Below, in pieces: positions 36,180 through 47,192 of a stretch of 52,177 bases of DNA. Made by a program: the position numbers and the translations under genes. Source of the DNA: Craspedostauros australis (taxonomy: Eukaryota); assembly GCA_030167865.1 (NCBI GenBank), contig JALAGF010005949.1, positions 1 to 52,177 on the forward strand, given 5' to 3'. The notes beneath the pieces were generated by a model that was not told the origin of the DNA, did not search any database, and saw only the letters and a list, made by a program, of their open reading frames with translations. Within the stretch, counting starts at the first letter, position 1, and each line of letters starts with the position of its first letter.

Positions 36180-37823
36180 TTACATACCACCGCGTTGCTC
36201 CAAAAGCGCATCGACGCAAGGGTACCCGCATCCCGCGTCCTGGACGTAGCAGTTCTTGGCAGACGCGTCGCCTTGGTATGTTCCATCCGGGGAACACGGA
36301 AAGACGGCCGAGGCTTCGCACTTCTCCTCCACCGCGCTTTGTAACCGCCGTATCTCGTCGACACGTTGCTGCACGCGATGCACTCCCAACGACGCGATGG
36401 TGCGGTCCAACGACTCTTGCACTGCAGCGTATAACAGAAAGTCGGCGTGGTCGATCTCGTAGGCGTCGTAGGACTTCATGAAATCCTGTACGGCGGCAGA
36501 ACGTTGGACGGGCTGAATCTTGGTGCAAACATGATTCTTCCCGCCGGCATCATATTTGCCCGCCCGCTTGGCGCTGAGCACGACCACGTCGGCTGGTTCG
36601 AGGTCCCAAAGCAACGTCATGACGGCGAGCGACTCCACCATCCGTTCCGTGACGCCGATGAAGTCATAGTGGCGCAGAATCTTCGTTTGGACGATATGGG
36701 CAACACGTTCCGGATGGTCGCGGACGACGGATGGTGCGACCTGCTCTTCCAAGACCTGCTTTGGCAAGAGATATCGTGCCTGCGTGCCACGCATGCGAGG
36801 TTCCCTCAGAATCGAGATGATATTGTCATCCGTTGGTTCCATCTTCATGCGTGAGACGCGCAGATGAAAGATCTGTGACAAATCGCGGTTGCTGGGCTGT
36901 CGCACCATCGTCCACAGCAAGGATCTGGGTGCGGGCTTTCGGTTGGCTCCGTGCCATTTGCCATTTGCAAACTCGTGACGATTCTGGTGCGGGCACACCA
37001 AGTTGCGACTGAACCGATAAGAGTCTGCTGATTCACTGACAGCATCAGTTGGATTGGAAGGGCGCGATGCCAATGTGTGGTTTGCCGTGGATGCCATCAG
37101 ATGTGCGAACTGCCGTTTTGCAACTTGATGCGCAATGCGCTCATTCACCCCTTCGCATGTGCTGGATGAAGCCTTGTGCGACTTGACATAGAGGATCCCA
37201 GTCATGGGAAGCTTGGGTTGATCGAACATGAATGAATCGCCTGGCTGTGCTGCCGTTGCGGTTGAATTCTTGAAATGATCATCCGTTCCCAGGGTTGAGC
37301 ACCATGCATGGTGCCGAGCTGATGCCTGGGTGTGGTTGGAAGGAACGCTGTGGCCACCTTTGTCACTCCACATGAATGCTGGATACGGATGAAATACACA
37401 TGCGGTGGAATTGACAAACGGTTCCCACCATTTCGTTCTGACCACGTCTGCGGTGCCGTCATCTGCATTGTTTGTGGAAGGTGTTATGGATTGTCGAGTG
37501 TCGATCTGGGTGGCCGATTCTTGCCCTTTCGCATGGGATGTGCGTTCATCATGAGCAGCACTCTCCCGTCTCAACTTTGGCGTCGACGATGCTTGTGGTG
37601 AAGCACCCTTCTCCACGACGGCAGTTGCCTGAGATGGACTACCAGCAGCGGCATCCGTCGATATTCGTTGCGGTGACACATCAATGTCGGTATCTCGATA
37701 TGCGTTGATCGGCATGCCAGACGGAGCCCAATAGTTGAAGGCGAAGGATGCGATCATCAGACACAGCATTCCCAGTCTGTATTTCTGGATGACCGACATC
37801 GGCGCTTGAAGGTTGGAAGACAT
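36180..37823 (-). CDS. Type II membrane sulfotransferase-like protein (galactose-3-O-sulfotransferase-like fold; ~547 aa from ATG 37823)
   Basis: N-terminal signal anchor LGMLCLMIASFAFNYW, stem region, 5'-PAPS-like YVKSHKASSST, 3'-PB-like WTMVRQPSNR, YDFIGVTERMVESLAVM and ADFLLY. Confidence 0.75.
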   Translation of the reverse strand: MSSNLQAPMSVIQKYRLGMLCLMIASFAFNYWAPSGMPINAYRDTDIDVSPQRISTDAAAGSPSQATAVVEKGASPQASSTPKLRRESAAHDERTSHAKGQESATQIDTRQSITPSTNNADDGTADVVRTKWWEPFVNSTACVFHPYPAFMWSDKGGHSVPSNHTQASARHHAWCSTLGTDDHFKNSTATAAQPGDSFMFDQPKLPMTGILYVKSHKASSSTCEGVNERIAHQVAKRQFAHLMASTANHTLASRPSNPTDAVSESADSYRFSRNLVCPHQNRHEFANGKWHGANRKPAPRSLLWTMVRQPSNRDLSQIFHLRVSRMKMEPTDDNIISILREPRMRGTQARYLLPKQVLEEQVAPSVVRDHPERVAHIVQTKILRHYDFIGVTERMVESLAVMTLLWDLEPADVVVLSAKRAGKYDAGGKNHVCTKIQPVQRSAAVQDFMKSYDAYEIDHADFLLYAAVQESLDRTIASLGVHRVQQRVDEIRRLQSAVEEKCEASAVFPCSPDGTYQGDASAKNCYVQDAGCGYPCVDALLEQRGGM

Positions 37824-38675
37824 TGCGTTGGTCTCGCAGCGCTGCTGCCGCGGGCCTTGCCTTGCTTCTTCGCCTTGCCCTGCCAACACCCAGCGGCTCC
37901 CCAACCGCAACCGTCGGCAGCTGGGTCAGCCAAGCGCCCGAATGATAACTTCATTCACCGCACCATTCAATGACCGTCTCATCCGAAGACTTTCCCGTGC
38001 TCTCTTGATCTGGCTCTGATGCTCTGATATATAATATTATATCTGCCTGTTGAATGGGTATTCAAGAGACTCCTCCACCAATAGTTCGACAGAAAGGGTC
38101 GTCGTCGCCCTCCTCTCTTTGCGCAATCCAAGCATTGTTGTGACCAACACAAGGCATTTCGACTTGTTCGGTTATGCGAACATCAATACATAGCTTCTGC
38201 GGCAAATATGACTCCACGCAATAAGGCAAACTATTTACACCCATTTTTACTCGAAAATACGACTTTCCCAGAGTTCACGGAGTTCGACGAAAACACGACT
38301 GATCTTTGATAAATAAAGTACTTCAACAGACCTAATTTTACAGTGCCTGCGTGACAAAACGATTCGGAAATGAGAACGGAACGGATGATGGGAGAAAACA
38401 CGGCGCAAGTCGCACGTTTTGCGTTGATCCGGAAGTGCGCAGCCACAGTCATCCTCATCCTCATCCTCATCACTCTTGGCTCAGATTCACACACTTCATC
38501 ATACTCGGAGAGCAGCACTTGGAGCTTGGCAGAAGAATCAATGATCGTGCACACTCGTATTCTATGATTGATTGGAGTCTCTCTGGAGGACTGTAACGTT
38601 ATATCGCATCATAACAACGAGGGTTTCTTTGGGATTCTCACCAAGGCAGCGCAGCTCAACTCAACTCAGCGAACC

Positions 38676-40322
38676 ATGGCGGATCAATCATCATCAGGCA
38701 CGTCGCCGTCGGCTTCGACGTCTTCAGCGTCATCTTCGACAGGATCGAAGGTCGGAAAGTTCCTTTGGTTCAGCGACATGCATCTGGATATGTTCTACGG
38801 ATCCGATCAAGCAGCCAGCCACATTTCCGGAGCCAACTGCAAGGAACCCAGCACGAAGGCCCACTTCCCGTTCGGCCGCGTCGGTTGCGACAGTCCCCAG
38901 ACGCTGGTGGATGAGATGCTGGAGCATGCTCACCGCGTCTTGAGCCAGCCCGAGTTCATCGTCGTGACGGGAGATTCGTGCCGTCATCAGAATGATAGAT
39001 TCCCGCATCCCAAAGAGGTCCTCAACACGACGCTGATGTCGCTGACGCAGTCCATCAACGCCAAGTATGGCGGCACCGACTCGCAGCAATCCATCATGGT
39101 GCTGCCCACGATCGGGAACAACGACATCACGCCCGACTACGAGCTGGACCTTAACAACGCGGCGGAACCGCTGCAGCTCATCATGGACGCCTGGGAGCCT
39201 TGGATCACGGAATCGGACGAGGTTCAGACAGTAAAGAAGGGGGGATACTGGGCACGCGATGTCTCCGATACGCTCACCGTCATCTCCATCAACACGATCC
39301 CCTACTCGGCCTACCATGTCCCGGACCAGACGGACATCGAAGATCCGTTCGATCAGTTCAAATGGCTGAATTCGGTGCTGGAGAACATTCAACAAAGCAA
39401 CAGCAAGCTGCCCAAGTCCGAAACGCCACGACGTGCCATCATCATGGGCCACATCCCTCCGGCGATAGGGAGTTTCCGACACGCCCATCAGTGGCATCAC
39501 AAGTACCTCGATCGGTACTGGGAGACAGTCAAGTACTACCGTACCATCGTGGCATCGCAGCTCTTTGGGCATCTCCATTCCGATGAATTTCGCGTCGTGC
39601 CTGCCACATCCAGTCGCGATGGTGAAAGTCACGCCGACGAACCCATGTCCCTCCTCCTCACATCCTCCCTCACTCCCATCTACGGCAGCAACCCCAGCTT
39701 CCGCGTCATGAAGTACGACACCCAAACCGGCGTCATACTGGACTACGACACGTACTACATTGACCTCAACGATCCTGACACGGACGACATTCACAGCGGC
39801 CTGCAATGGAAACAGCTGGAACCATTCACGCAAGCCTTCGACGTGAAGGACCTGTCGGGCAAGAGCCTCGATCACATTGTGCGCGAGGTCGCCCTATTTG
39901 AAAGCGTGGCGCAATCCCTGATACGTCGCAAAAACGTGCAGACCAAGAATGCCGGCAACGAAAGCGCGTGCGACGACGACTGCCGGTTGCAATGGGCCTG
40001 CACGCTGCAGTCCTTCACGCCGTCGGAGTACCAGACCTGCCTCGCCACGAAGGGATCGGGCACGTTCACATTGCGCAATATCAGCGCGCGCACGCCGCTG
40101 TGGGTCAAGACGGGATTTGCGGCGATGGGCGCGGCCGTCGTCGGTTTGGTGCTGTTGCTATGGGTCACCGATTACATGAAGTACCTGCGCAGTTCGGGAC
40201 GGTATTACTCGCCAGGCGAGGTTGCAGAACATATCGATGGAGATGCGGATGGCGAGGATGAGGGTGGTTATGAAGATGACGATGGCGACGACGACGACGA
40301 TGATTCGCCTGTGATATCATAG
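38676..40322 (+). CDS. Acid sphingomyelinase-like (SMPDL3/PPN1-like) calcineurin-type metallophosphoesterase with C-terminal TM helix (~548 aa from ATG 38676; may extend upstream)
   Basis: SDMHLD, FGRVGCDSP, VTGD, PTIGNND, DPFDQFKWL, MGHIPP, LFGHLHSDEFR, SLTPIYGSNPSFR and LDYDTYY. TM helix AAMGAAVVGLVLLLWV, then an acidic tail. Confidence 0.9.
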   Translation: MADQSSSGTSPSASTSSASSSTGSKVGKFLWFSDMHLDMFYGSDQAASHISGANCKEPSTKAHFPFGRVGCDSPQTLVDEMLEHAHRVLSQPEFIVVTGDSCRHQNDRFPHPKEVLNTTLMSLTQSINAKYGGTDSQQSIMVLPTIGNNDITPDYELDLNNAAEPLQLIMDAWEPWITESDEVQTVKKGGYWARDVSDTLTVISINTIPYSAYHVPDQTDIEDPFDQFKWLNSVLENIQQSNSKLPKSETPRRAIIMGHIPPAIGSFRHAHQWHHKYLDRYWETVKYYRTIVASQLFGHLHSDEFRVVPATSSRDGESHADEPMSLLLTSSLTPIYGSNPSFRVMKYDTQTGVILDYDTYYIDLNDPDTDDIHSGLQWKQLEPFTQAFDVKDLSGKSLDHIVREVALFESVAQSLIRRKNVQTKNAGNESACDDDCRLQWACTLQSFTPSEYQTCLATKGSGTFTLRNISARTPLWVKTGFAAMGAAVVGLVLLLWVTDYMKYLRSSGRYYSPGEVAEHIDGDADGEDEGGYEDDDGDDDDDDSPVIS

Positions 40323-40799
40323 CGTAGTTAGTGCACGGCGAGCTCCTGCGAAAGTGCAGAGTGTGACATAGGAGCGCGAGAATGCGTCATAGAGAATCTG
40401 TAGCGCTCTGTGTGCCATCGATAGCATGATCAACAACATCTGATAGTCTATCTTGGAGTATCCGTTCGAGGACAAGGATGCATCTTCTTGGATTGGAATT
40501 GTGGATGAATCTGTGAGTCACGTGCCAGTCACGAATACAGAGAGAGAACCCAATTCGCAAAGATGACGTGGATGTTGACAACCACGACAGTGCCCAAGCC
40601 AACATCGCAGATTCCTCGCACAACAGCGACCACCATCACATTGCTGAGAAGTCCAAGGACGATCAGCCACATCACACAACATCACATAACATCGGACAAG
40701 AGGGCCACCGCATCAAGCCATCTCACCGCGAGATTCTAACAGCAAGTTGACAAATACCGACACACTCACACACACACACACTCACACACGAACAGCACC

Positions 40800-41918
40800 A
40801 TGTCCACGCTCCTGACCAAAACCGCAATGAACATGACGCGGCGCGCCACACGATCCACGCAGCGATGGATGTCAGTCATCAATCTCTCCGACATGGATGC
40901 CACCACCAAGTTCACCGATGGACAATCCAAATCCGTCCTGTACTTCACGGCCACGTGGTGCCCGCCCTGCAAGATGATCAAGGAACCCTACGAGAAGCTG
41001 TCCGACGAGTTCACGGAGATTGGATTTGGGTACGTTGGAGGGATGTATCGTTGTTGGCCACGAAATGCTCCGTTCTATTGTGTTTGCATGTGATTATGGG
41101 GGGAGTGACGGTGGCGACAAGTGGCGCTCGGTGGACGATGAAGACTTACGGTGGTGGGAAGAACAGAAGGTTGTGACAAGCCACAAAGCAGATTGGGATC
41201 AGATACGATTCTCGGCATCAGCTCACAAATGGGCCAGAATACTGTGCGACCACGGGTCCGATGGAGAATCGCTGCTTCGTAAGAATCAAGTACAGGTTGC
41301 GGAAGAGTCACTTGATGCAGAGGAAGAGGTGACAACTACCGTTGGTGTTTCAAGCGTCGCGATGACGATGTGCTGCAAGGCTCTCAAATAGTCAAACCAA
41401 GCGAGGATGCGGTTTCACGTCGTGTGCTTGATGTTGACACATTCAGTATTATGCTCGAGACTGCTCAGACTCACCCAACTCATCATCCACCTTATCGGAT
41501 TTCAACGACCGCATGCACGGACACATGGTGTTCAATATGAATTGTGCAATGAACGATGTACAATGAACGATGCGCACTGTGCGACACAATTGCACCCGCA
41601 ATCACAAAAAACGCGAACAATCGGCTGGCTGGCTGGATGATTCATTTTGGTACATACCACCATCAACACATTCCCATTCTCCATGCCTATTCAATCCCGT
41701 TCGCGGGCTGCACAATGGCACCCACGATTCTATCATTCCAATCATATCCACACTGTAGAAAGGTGGACGTCGATGACAACAGCGAGACAGCCGCAGACTA
41801 TGACATTACCGGGGTGCCAACCTTCATCCTTTTCAATGACGGAGAGCAGGTTGGACGATTCAGCGGTGCAGATATCGACAAGCTTTCAAATTCGGTCGCC
41901 AAGCTCGACGAAGAATGA
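40800..41918 (+). CDS. Thioredoxin, probably mitochondrial; exons 40800-41029 and 41759-41918 (~129 aa)
   Basis: YFTATWCPPCK active site. Second exon KVDVDD..ITGVPTFILF..GAD. Donor GTACGT at 41030 and acceptor TAG at 41758 are in frame. Arg/Thr-rich presequence MSTLLTKTAMNMTRRATRSTQRWMS. Confidence 0.92.
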
Positions 41919-42636
41919 GGATGATCCCATCAACACGCTTCGTCAACTCATCGTCCGCAGATTACTTTGCAATAGAAGGGAGCCATCAACACCAATTCCG
42001 CAATTGAACGAGGTGACACCTAACCCAGCACATGAGGCATTGCTCGGCAGCATTTCAGATGGAGAATACCACCTCTTCTTTGCGTTGACGCCTTCTTCAC
42101 CTCTCTTTGCACACACGCATGCCTTTAGCGAAAATGGGTGCTCCCTCGTTCCCTCCAATCTGGCGTTTGACATCGTCCAATGTGTTTCAATGTGGGCTGA
42201 CGCTTGCTTGGTTTCTGGTGCTCAAGTGTGGGGAAATCATCCCACGTCCAGCGTATCTCTCAACCCACGCAATGTTTCAACATCACCATCTGTCGCCGGA
42301 TCGGAACAGAGCTCCCTCCATCTGCGTCCGCTGCAACCGTTGTCACATCTACAAGCACTCATACGCACAACGGGTTGATGGATTCGAATGACAGAACCTC
42401 ACACACACAACCTTGATAGGGTCCCTGAAGATACATCCAGTCCCGCACCAATCCTCGATCAACCAAAACCACGCAACAAAAGAAATGCAGAACTGATGAG
42501 GCCAAACAACAAAGAAGCACCCTCATCAGCGCAGCCTACTGACGAACTATCACGAGAGGACGACAGCGCTCGCGACATCATTCCGTTGATGTGGACAAAG
42601 AGCAGAAAGCGCGTTTTGCCAACAACAGCAAGAGCA

Positions 42637-44028
42637 ATGATGCCGACACAAGTCATTCGACTTCTCGCTTTGGCACTCTCAGTGTTGTCGCAATCGCGCA
42701 ATGCTGCCGATGCTTTTGCGCTCGTCAATCGCCGTCATTCATCGATGCTGACTCGTTCAGAAACTAGCCACACCTCATTTCCACAAGTTTCGCGATCGGG
42801 ATGCCTTCATTCGGCAACGGATTCGCATGACATCCTCGATACTTCTCCCATCGTGTACCTGGAGCACATCCGCAAGGTCTGGGTGCTGTCCGATCTGCAT
42901 ACGGACCACAAAGACAATCAAGAATGGCTGCGCAGACGCATGATGAATCGGACCTTCGATGAGACGGACCTTCTCATCATTGCAGGAGATATATCACACA
43001 ATCTAGAGACGCTGGAGGAGAGTCTCCAACTGCTTCTATCGAACAACTGTTCGATCCATTTCATTCCAGGCAATCATGAAGCATGGCTCACGCAGCAGGA
43101 GCGATCACAAGGCATGACGTCGTTTGACAAGTTCGACGCTGTGGAGCGCGTTTGCCATCGATTAGGCGTGCACACGGGTTGCGTGACGATCGGCGCGGAC
43201 AAGCAGATCACGGACAGCGAGCCGTCAACAAATCAGATGCACCCGCTCCACATCTGCCCGCTGCGCAGCTGGTACGATGGCTCCTTGACGATCGAAGCAT
43301 GCGAGGATCTCTGTCAGGATTTCGGGAGTTGGCCATGGGTGGACTTCGTTCGATGCCTGTGGCCACCCAATGACTTTCCTCCGCAGAGCTCTGCGACGAT
43401 GGCCAAGCTACCGACGGGTCTCGCGCAGCACTTTGCAGCTGAGAACATTGGCAACATCGACAGGATTCGGCGGGAGATGTCGAGAATGGGTGAGGAGAAT
43501 GACGAGGGACAACCAGCGGCAGGACTGATGACGATCTCGCACTTTCTGCCCAGCCAGCGGTGCTTGCCGGACTGGAAGGACCTGGAAAGAGACGACTTTG
43601 ACCGCGAGCATTGGCTGGATCACGGCGCAGGCCAAATGTCCGCCAAATTTGCAAAGGTGGCAGGTGCGAAGGTACTCGATGAACAGCTGCGATCCATCTT
43701 GACGCACGAGGGCGCGCGGAGCGAGTCGGACCAGCAAACTCGCCAGCACATCCACATCTTTGGGCACTCGCATCGACCCAAAGACTTCGAATGGCAAGGC
43801 ATCCGGTACGTGCACAATCCGCTCGGCAAACCGCGCGAACGAGATATCCACATGGTATCACCCGACGCGAATTTCCAGCTGGTGTGGGAGACGTCCACAG
43901 GGCAGGTCCGTGGCAAGACGGTGCTGCGATTTTGGGAAGAGCAGGGCGGCGGCCTTGCAGCGTTGCGCGAACGTATGGCCCGTACGCGGCGACGCAAGAG
44001 CCGATACAAGGGCGTCGCAGCACAGTAG
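42637..44028 (+). CDS. Calcineurin-like metallophosphoesterase, probably plastid-targeted (likely start 42637; the ORF is open from 42388)
   Basis: Motifs LSDLH, IAGDISH, PGNHEAW, ISHFLP, IFGHSH and YVHNPLGKPRER. Signal peptide RLLALALSVLSQSRNAADA|FA. Confidence 0.88.
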   Translation: MMPTQVIRLLALALSVLSQSRNAADAFALVNRRHSSMLTRSETSHTSFPQVSRSGCLHSATDSHDILDTSPIVYLEHIRKVWVLSDLHTDHKDNQEWLRRRMMNRTFDETDLLIIAGDISHNLETLEESLQLLLSNNCSIHFIPGNHEAWLTQQERSQGMTSFDKFDAVERVCHRLGVHTGCVTIGADKQITDSEPSTNQMHPLHICPLRSWYDGSLTIEACEDLCQDFGSWPWVDFVRCLWPPNDFPPQSSATMAKLPTGLAQHFAAENIGNIDRIRREMSRMGEENDEGQPAAGLMTISHFLPSQRCLPDWKDLERDDFDREHWLDHGAGQMSAKFAKVAGAKVLDEQLRSILTHEGARSESDQQTRQHIHIFGHSHRPKDFEWQGIRYVHNPLGKPRERDIHMVSPDANFQLVWETSTGQVRGKTVLRFWEEQGGGLAALRERMARTRRRKSRYKGVAAQ

Positions 44029-45022
44029 AATGCGTGGGGTGTGAAGTTGACGCATCATCGATGCTGTCTGTCCGTTACTTGGCTCGCTCGTTCTATCGCA
44101 TTGGAATTCATGCCCTTTTTCATTTGTGGAACATGCTGGACGACGAGCGCTGCTGGTCGCACATGGTGAGGCTTGAATGGCGCCAACACATTCTAATTGT
44201 GCTAAGGCCGACTAAGATCGACAGTACTGCTCTCCTCTGTTCCGATGAACTGCACTGTTGCTGAGCCTCAGACAGACACGTCGGTCTCTGAAGGAACGAA
44301 GTGTACGACAGCCCGTTCTTGGAATGTGCTGCTCCGCGTGCGAGGGAGTGGGAGGGTGATATGCGCCGCGTCGTTGGGGATAGAACAGACTTGGCTGCGC
44401 GATGTGTTGGTATGGTGGAGCAGAGTAGAGTAGAGCAGTGGATTGTCTTCTTCCGAATCAGCGCAAATTCCTTGCAGCATGGTTCTGCTCTACCAATATA
44501 GAGAGGGCGAGAACATGGTGAGGTGAGAACACTGCCCTTCATCTCTGTCCTTGTTCTTGGCTCTTGTGATGAGTGAGTGACTGTTGTCTTCCAGCTGTCA
44601 CTCTCCACTCATATCGTTGTCATGAACATGCATGCACATGCAGGCACAAACATACATGAATATCTGCAGGGTACATACACGAAGCAGACCTTTCATTGCC
44701 AAGACGACAGCCCTGAATGCCGAATGGGAGAAGGACTGGAAGGAGACCAACTTCAAGGCCAGCATTGAGGGGCCAGATCAACAAGGAAGCTGAGGAGTGC
44801 CTGGAGAACACGATCTCTGAACCCATGGCCAACCTTGAGAAGGCCAGCACTGCCAGGAACTGAGCAGCACACCAACTACTGACGCAAAACCATTGGATAC
44901 AATACTGTATGGTATGTACTGGTATGACTCCATTGTGCAGTTGGCCTGATGGCCATGGTGCACACACATCATACATGTACAGCATTCACATACATATTAC
45001 TACAGCTACAAATCAAACACTC

Positions 45023-45050
45023 ACAACAACAACAACAACAACAACAACAA
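45023..45050. repeat. (CAA)n microsatellite
   Basis: acaacaacaacaacaacaacaacaa. Confidence 0.9.
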
Positions 45051-46193
45051 CCAACCAACCACCAGCACAACCATACAAGCATTGATGTCCGCATGGCACA
45101 ACAGCTTGTACAGACAGCAAAAAAGACACAAGAGATCTCTCCTTTCACTCGCTACTGGCATTGAACCAGCAGTATAGTGCAAGTAGGGCCAAGACTCTGA
45201 GACCCCCTTTTAACTCACAATACATCAATGGACATAGAATAAACCCCATAGATTCGCACACATCACCAATCGCCCATCTCTCAATGCAAATGCTCTCTGT
45301 ACGCACACAGATACACATGATATTCATATGAGTATAGTACACATGCATGATAGTCTTCGTCACACAAGCAAGCAGAACAGCGTTCCCATAGTAGCTTTTG
45401 TTTGGTGCTGCCACATTGCCTGATGTATACAGATACACATAGAGTACTCATAGTGATCTGTATAGTGCTGCAGCCTCGTAGCATTGTTGTGCATGATACA
45501 GATAGATCCTGCCCAAGTCCGAACACCTGCTGCGATCCCATGCCTCATGCGCCATACCTCATACATACTCGTACACGTGCGAGCTATGAGATACCACTTC
45601 CTTGGCTCTCTGTGTCCGAGTACAGACGCTTCACATGATTGGCCCAATGCCACAGCCTGAAGCATGCATCTTCATCCCATGCTCTAGCTAGTCCAATGCG
45701 TCCAGCACATTCGCTCGCAGTATCTCGGCCTGCTGCACCACCACCACCAGCTTGATGATGTTCTCCTTCATCTGCGCCATCAGTTCGCGATCATTGCCAT
45801 CAGGGAGGGTGATCTCGACCGACGGCTCCTCGTTCTGGTATCGCAGCTGCTCAAATTCGGTGGCCAGCATGTTGGTACCACACAAACTGATGTTCTTCTT
45901 GCCAATCTCCTCTTCGAATTCTCTCAATTGCTGCTCCATACTTGCCATCTGCGATTGCAGCAGAGCTTTGTCTGCTCGTCTCTGTCAGAGATGGCACTGT
46001 GTGCAGAGGGTAACTCACGACACATGCCAGACTGTCTCGTGCTGGATTCCGACTTGGCTATCGCTTCCTGATGCTTCAGATCGTGAATCTCGCTCTCCAA
46101 CGCCCACTCTATGAGTTGATGTCCATCTGAAGGTCGAACAGAGAGGATTCAGCTTCGGAAAGCTTGGGCTTCATCGCTTCCAGGTCATTCCGT

Positions 46194-46232
46194 GATGATG
46201 CGCTGATGATGCGCTGATGATGCGCTGATGAT
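46194..46232. repeat. 11-bp tandem repeat (GATGATGCGCT x3 plus partial)
   Basis: gatgatgcgctgatgatgcgctgatgatgcgctgatgat. Confidence 0.85.
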
Positions 46233-46620
46233 TCGCAGAGGAACTCGAGTCTGCAGGTCCTTAGTCTCTCATCTTGGCAGCAGTTGCCATGTCATGTCAT
46301 TGATCGTTTCGACACCACCTTGCGATCTTTGCATGACGTTGCTGAGCTGGGCCTGCAGATTCAGGATGACCACATCTATCTGCTTCAGTGCAGCCTGCTG
46401 ATCTGCCAAGCTGCGTTCCAGAAATCCAACACGATTCTGCAAGTCGCTGGCCAGGCCCATCTGCGCGTTCTGGTTCTAATTCTGGAGTTTAGCCATGGCC
46501 TGGTTGAGCTGTCGCGACAACGAGGCGTATCGATCGTCAACAGCCTGGCGTTCTCCAGCCAGCCTCTGCATCTGCATCTCGGTGAGACCATCTGAGTCTC
46601 ACTTGCAACCTTGCTCTTCT

Positions 46621-47192
46621 CGAGGTTGGCAAGGTCACGCGAGAGACCTTCGACGGTGCCATCCAGCATTGTTTGCGACTGTCCCACAGAATTCGTTTGC
46701 TCATGCAGCGCGTTGCGCTCTTGGGTGCCTGTTTCGAGCTCTGTCACAGACTGCAGATCCGAGTTGGTCTGACAAAGAGCCTCCACTTCTTCATCAGCAA
46801 TTGTACCGCCGCACTGCAACACAGCCTGAGCATGTCCCAACTCGATGATTGCAGTGTCCCTCTCTTCGGTTGCATGCTGCAGCTTGACAATGAAATGTTC
46901 GCCAGAATTCATCTGTTCTCCTTGAGGTTGGCAAGGCCACATTGAAGATCTTCGATGGTACCGTCCAGCATTGCTTGCAACTGTCCCACATGATTCATTT
47001 GCTTGCCCAGATTGTTGCACTCTTGGGTGCCTGTCTGAGTTCTGCACGCAGACTGCAAACCCGAGTTGATCTGGCAAAGAGCCTCCACTTCTTCGTCAGG
47101 AAACGCACACCAGACTGCGATGCAACCTACCAATGTCCCAGCTGGATGATTGTAGCGTCCCTCTCTTTGGTTGCATGCTGCAGCTCGATGAT
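46621..47192. repeat. Diverged tandem duplication, 2 copies, ~300-bp period
   Basis: gaggttggcaagg..tccagcattg..ctgtcccaca..ctcttgggtgcctgt..caaagagcctccacttcttc..ccctctct..ggttgcatgctgcagct occurs at ~46621-46892 and ~46923-47192. Confidence 0.85.
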
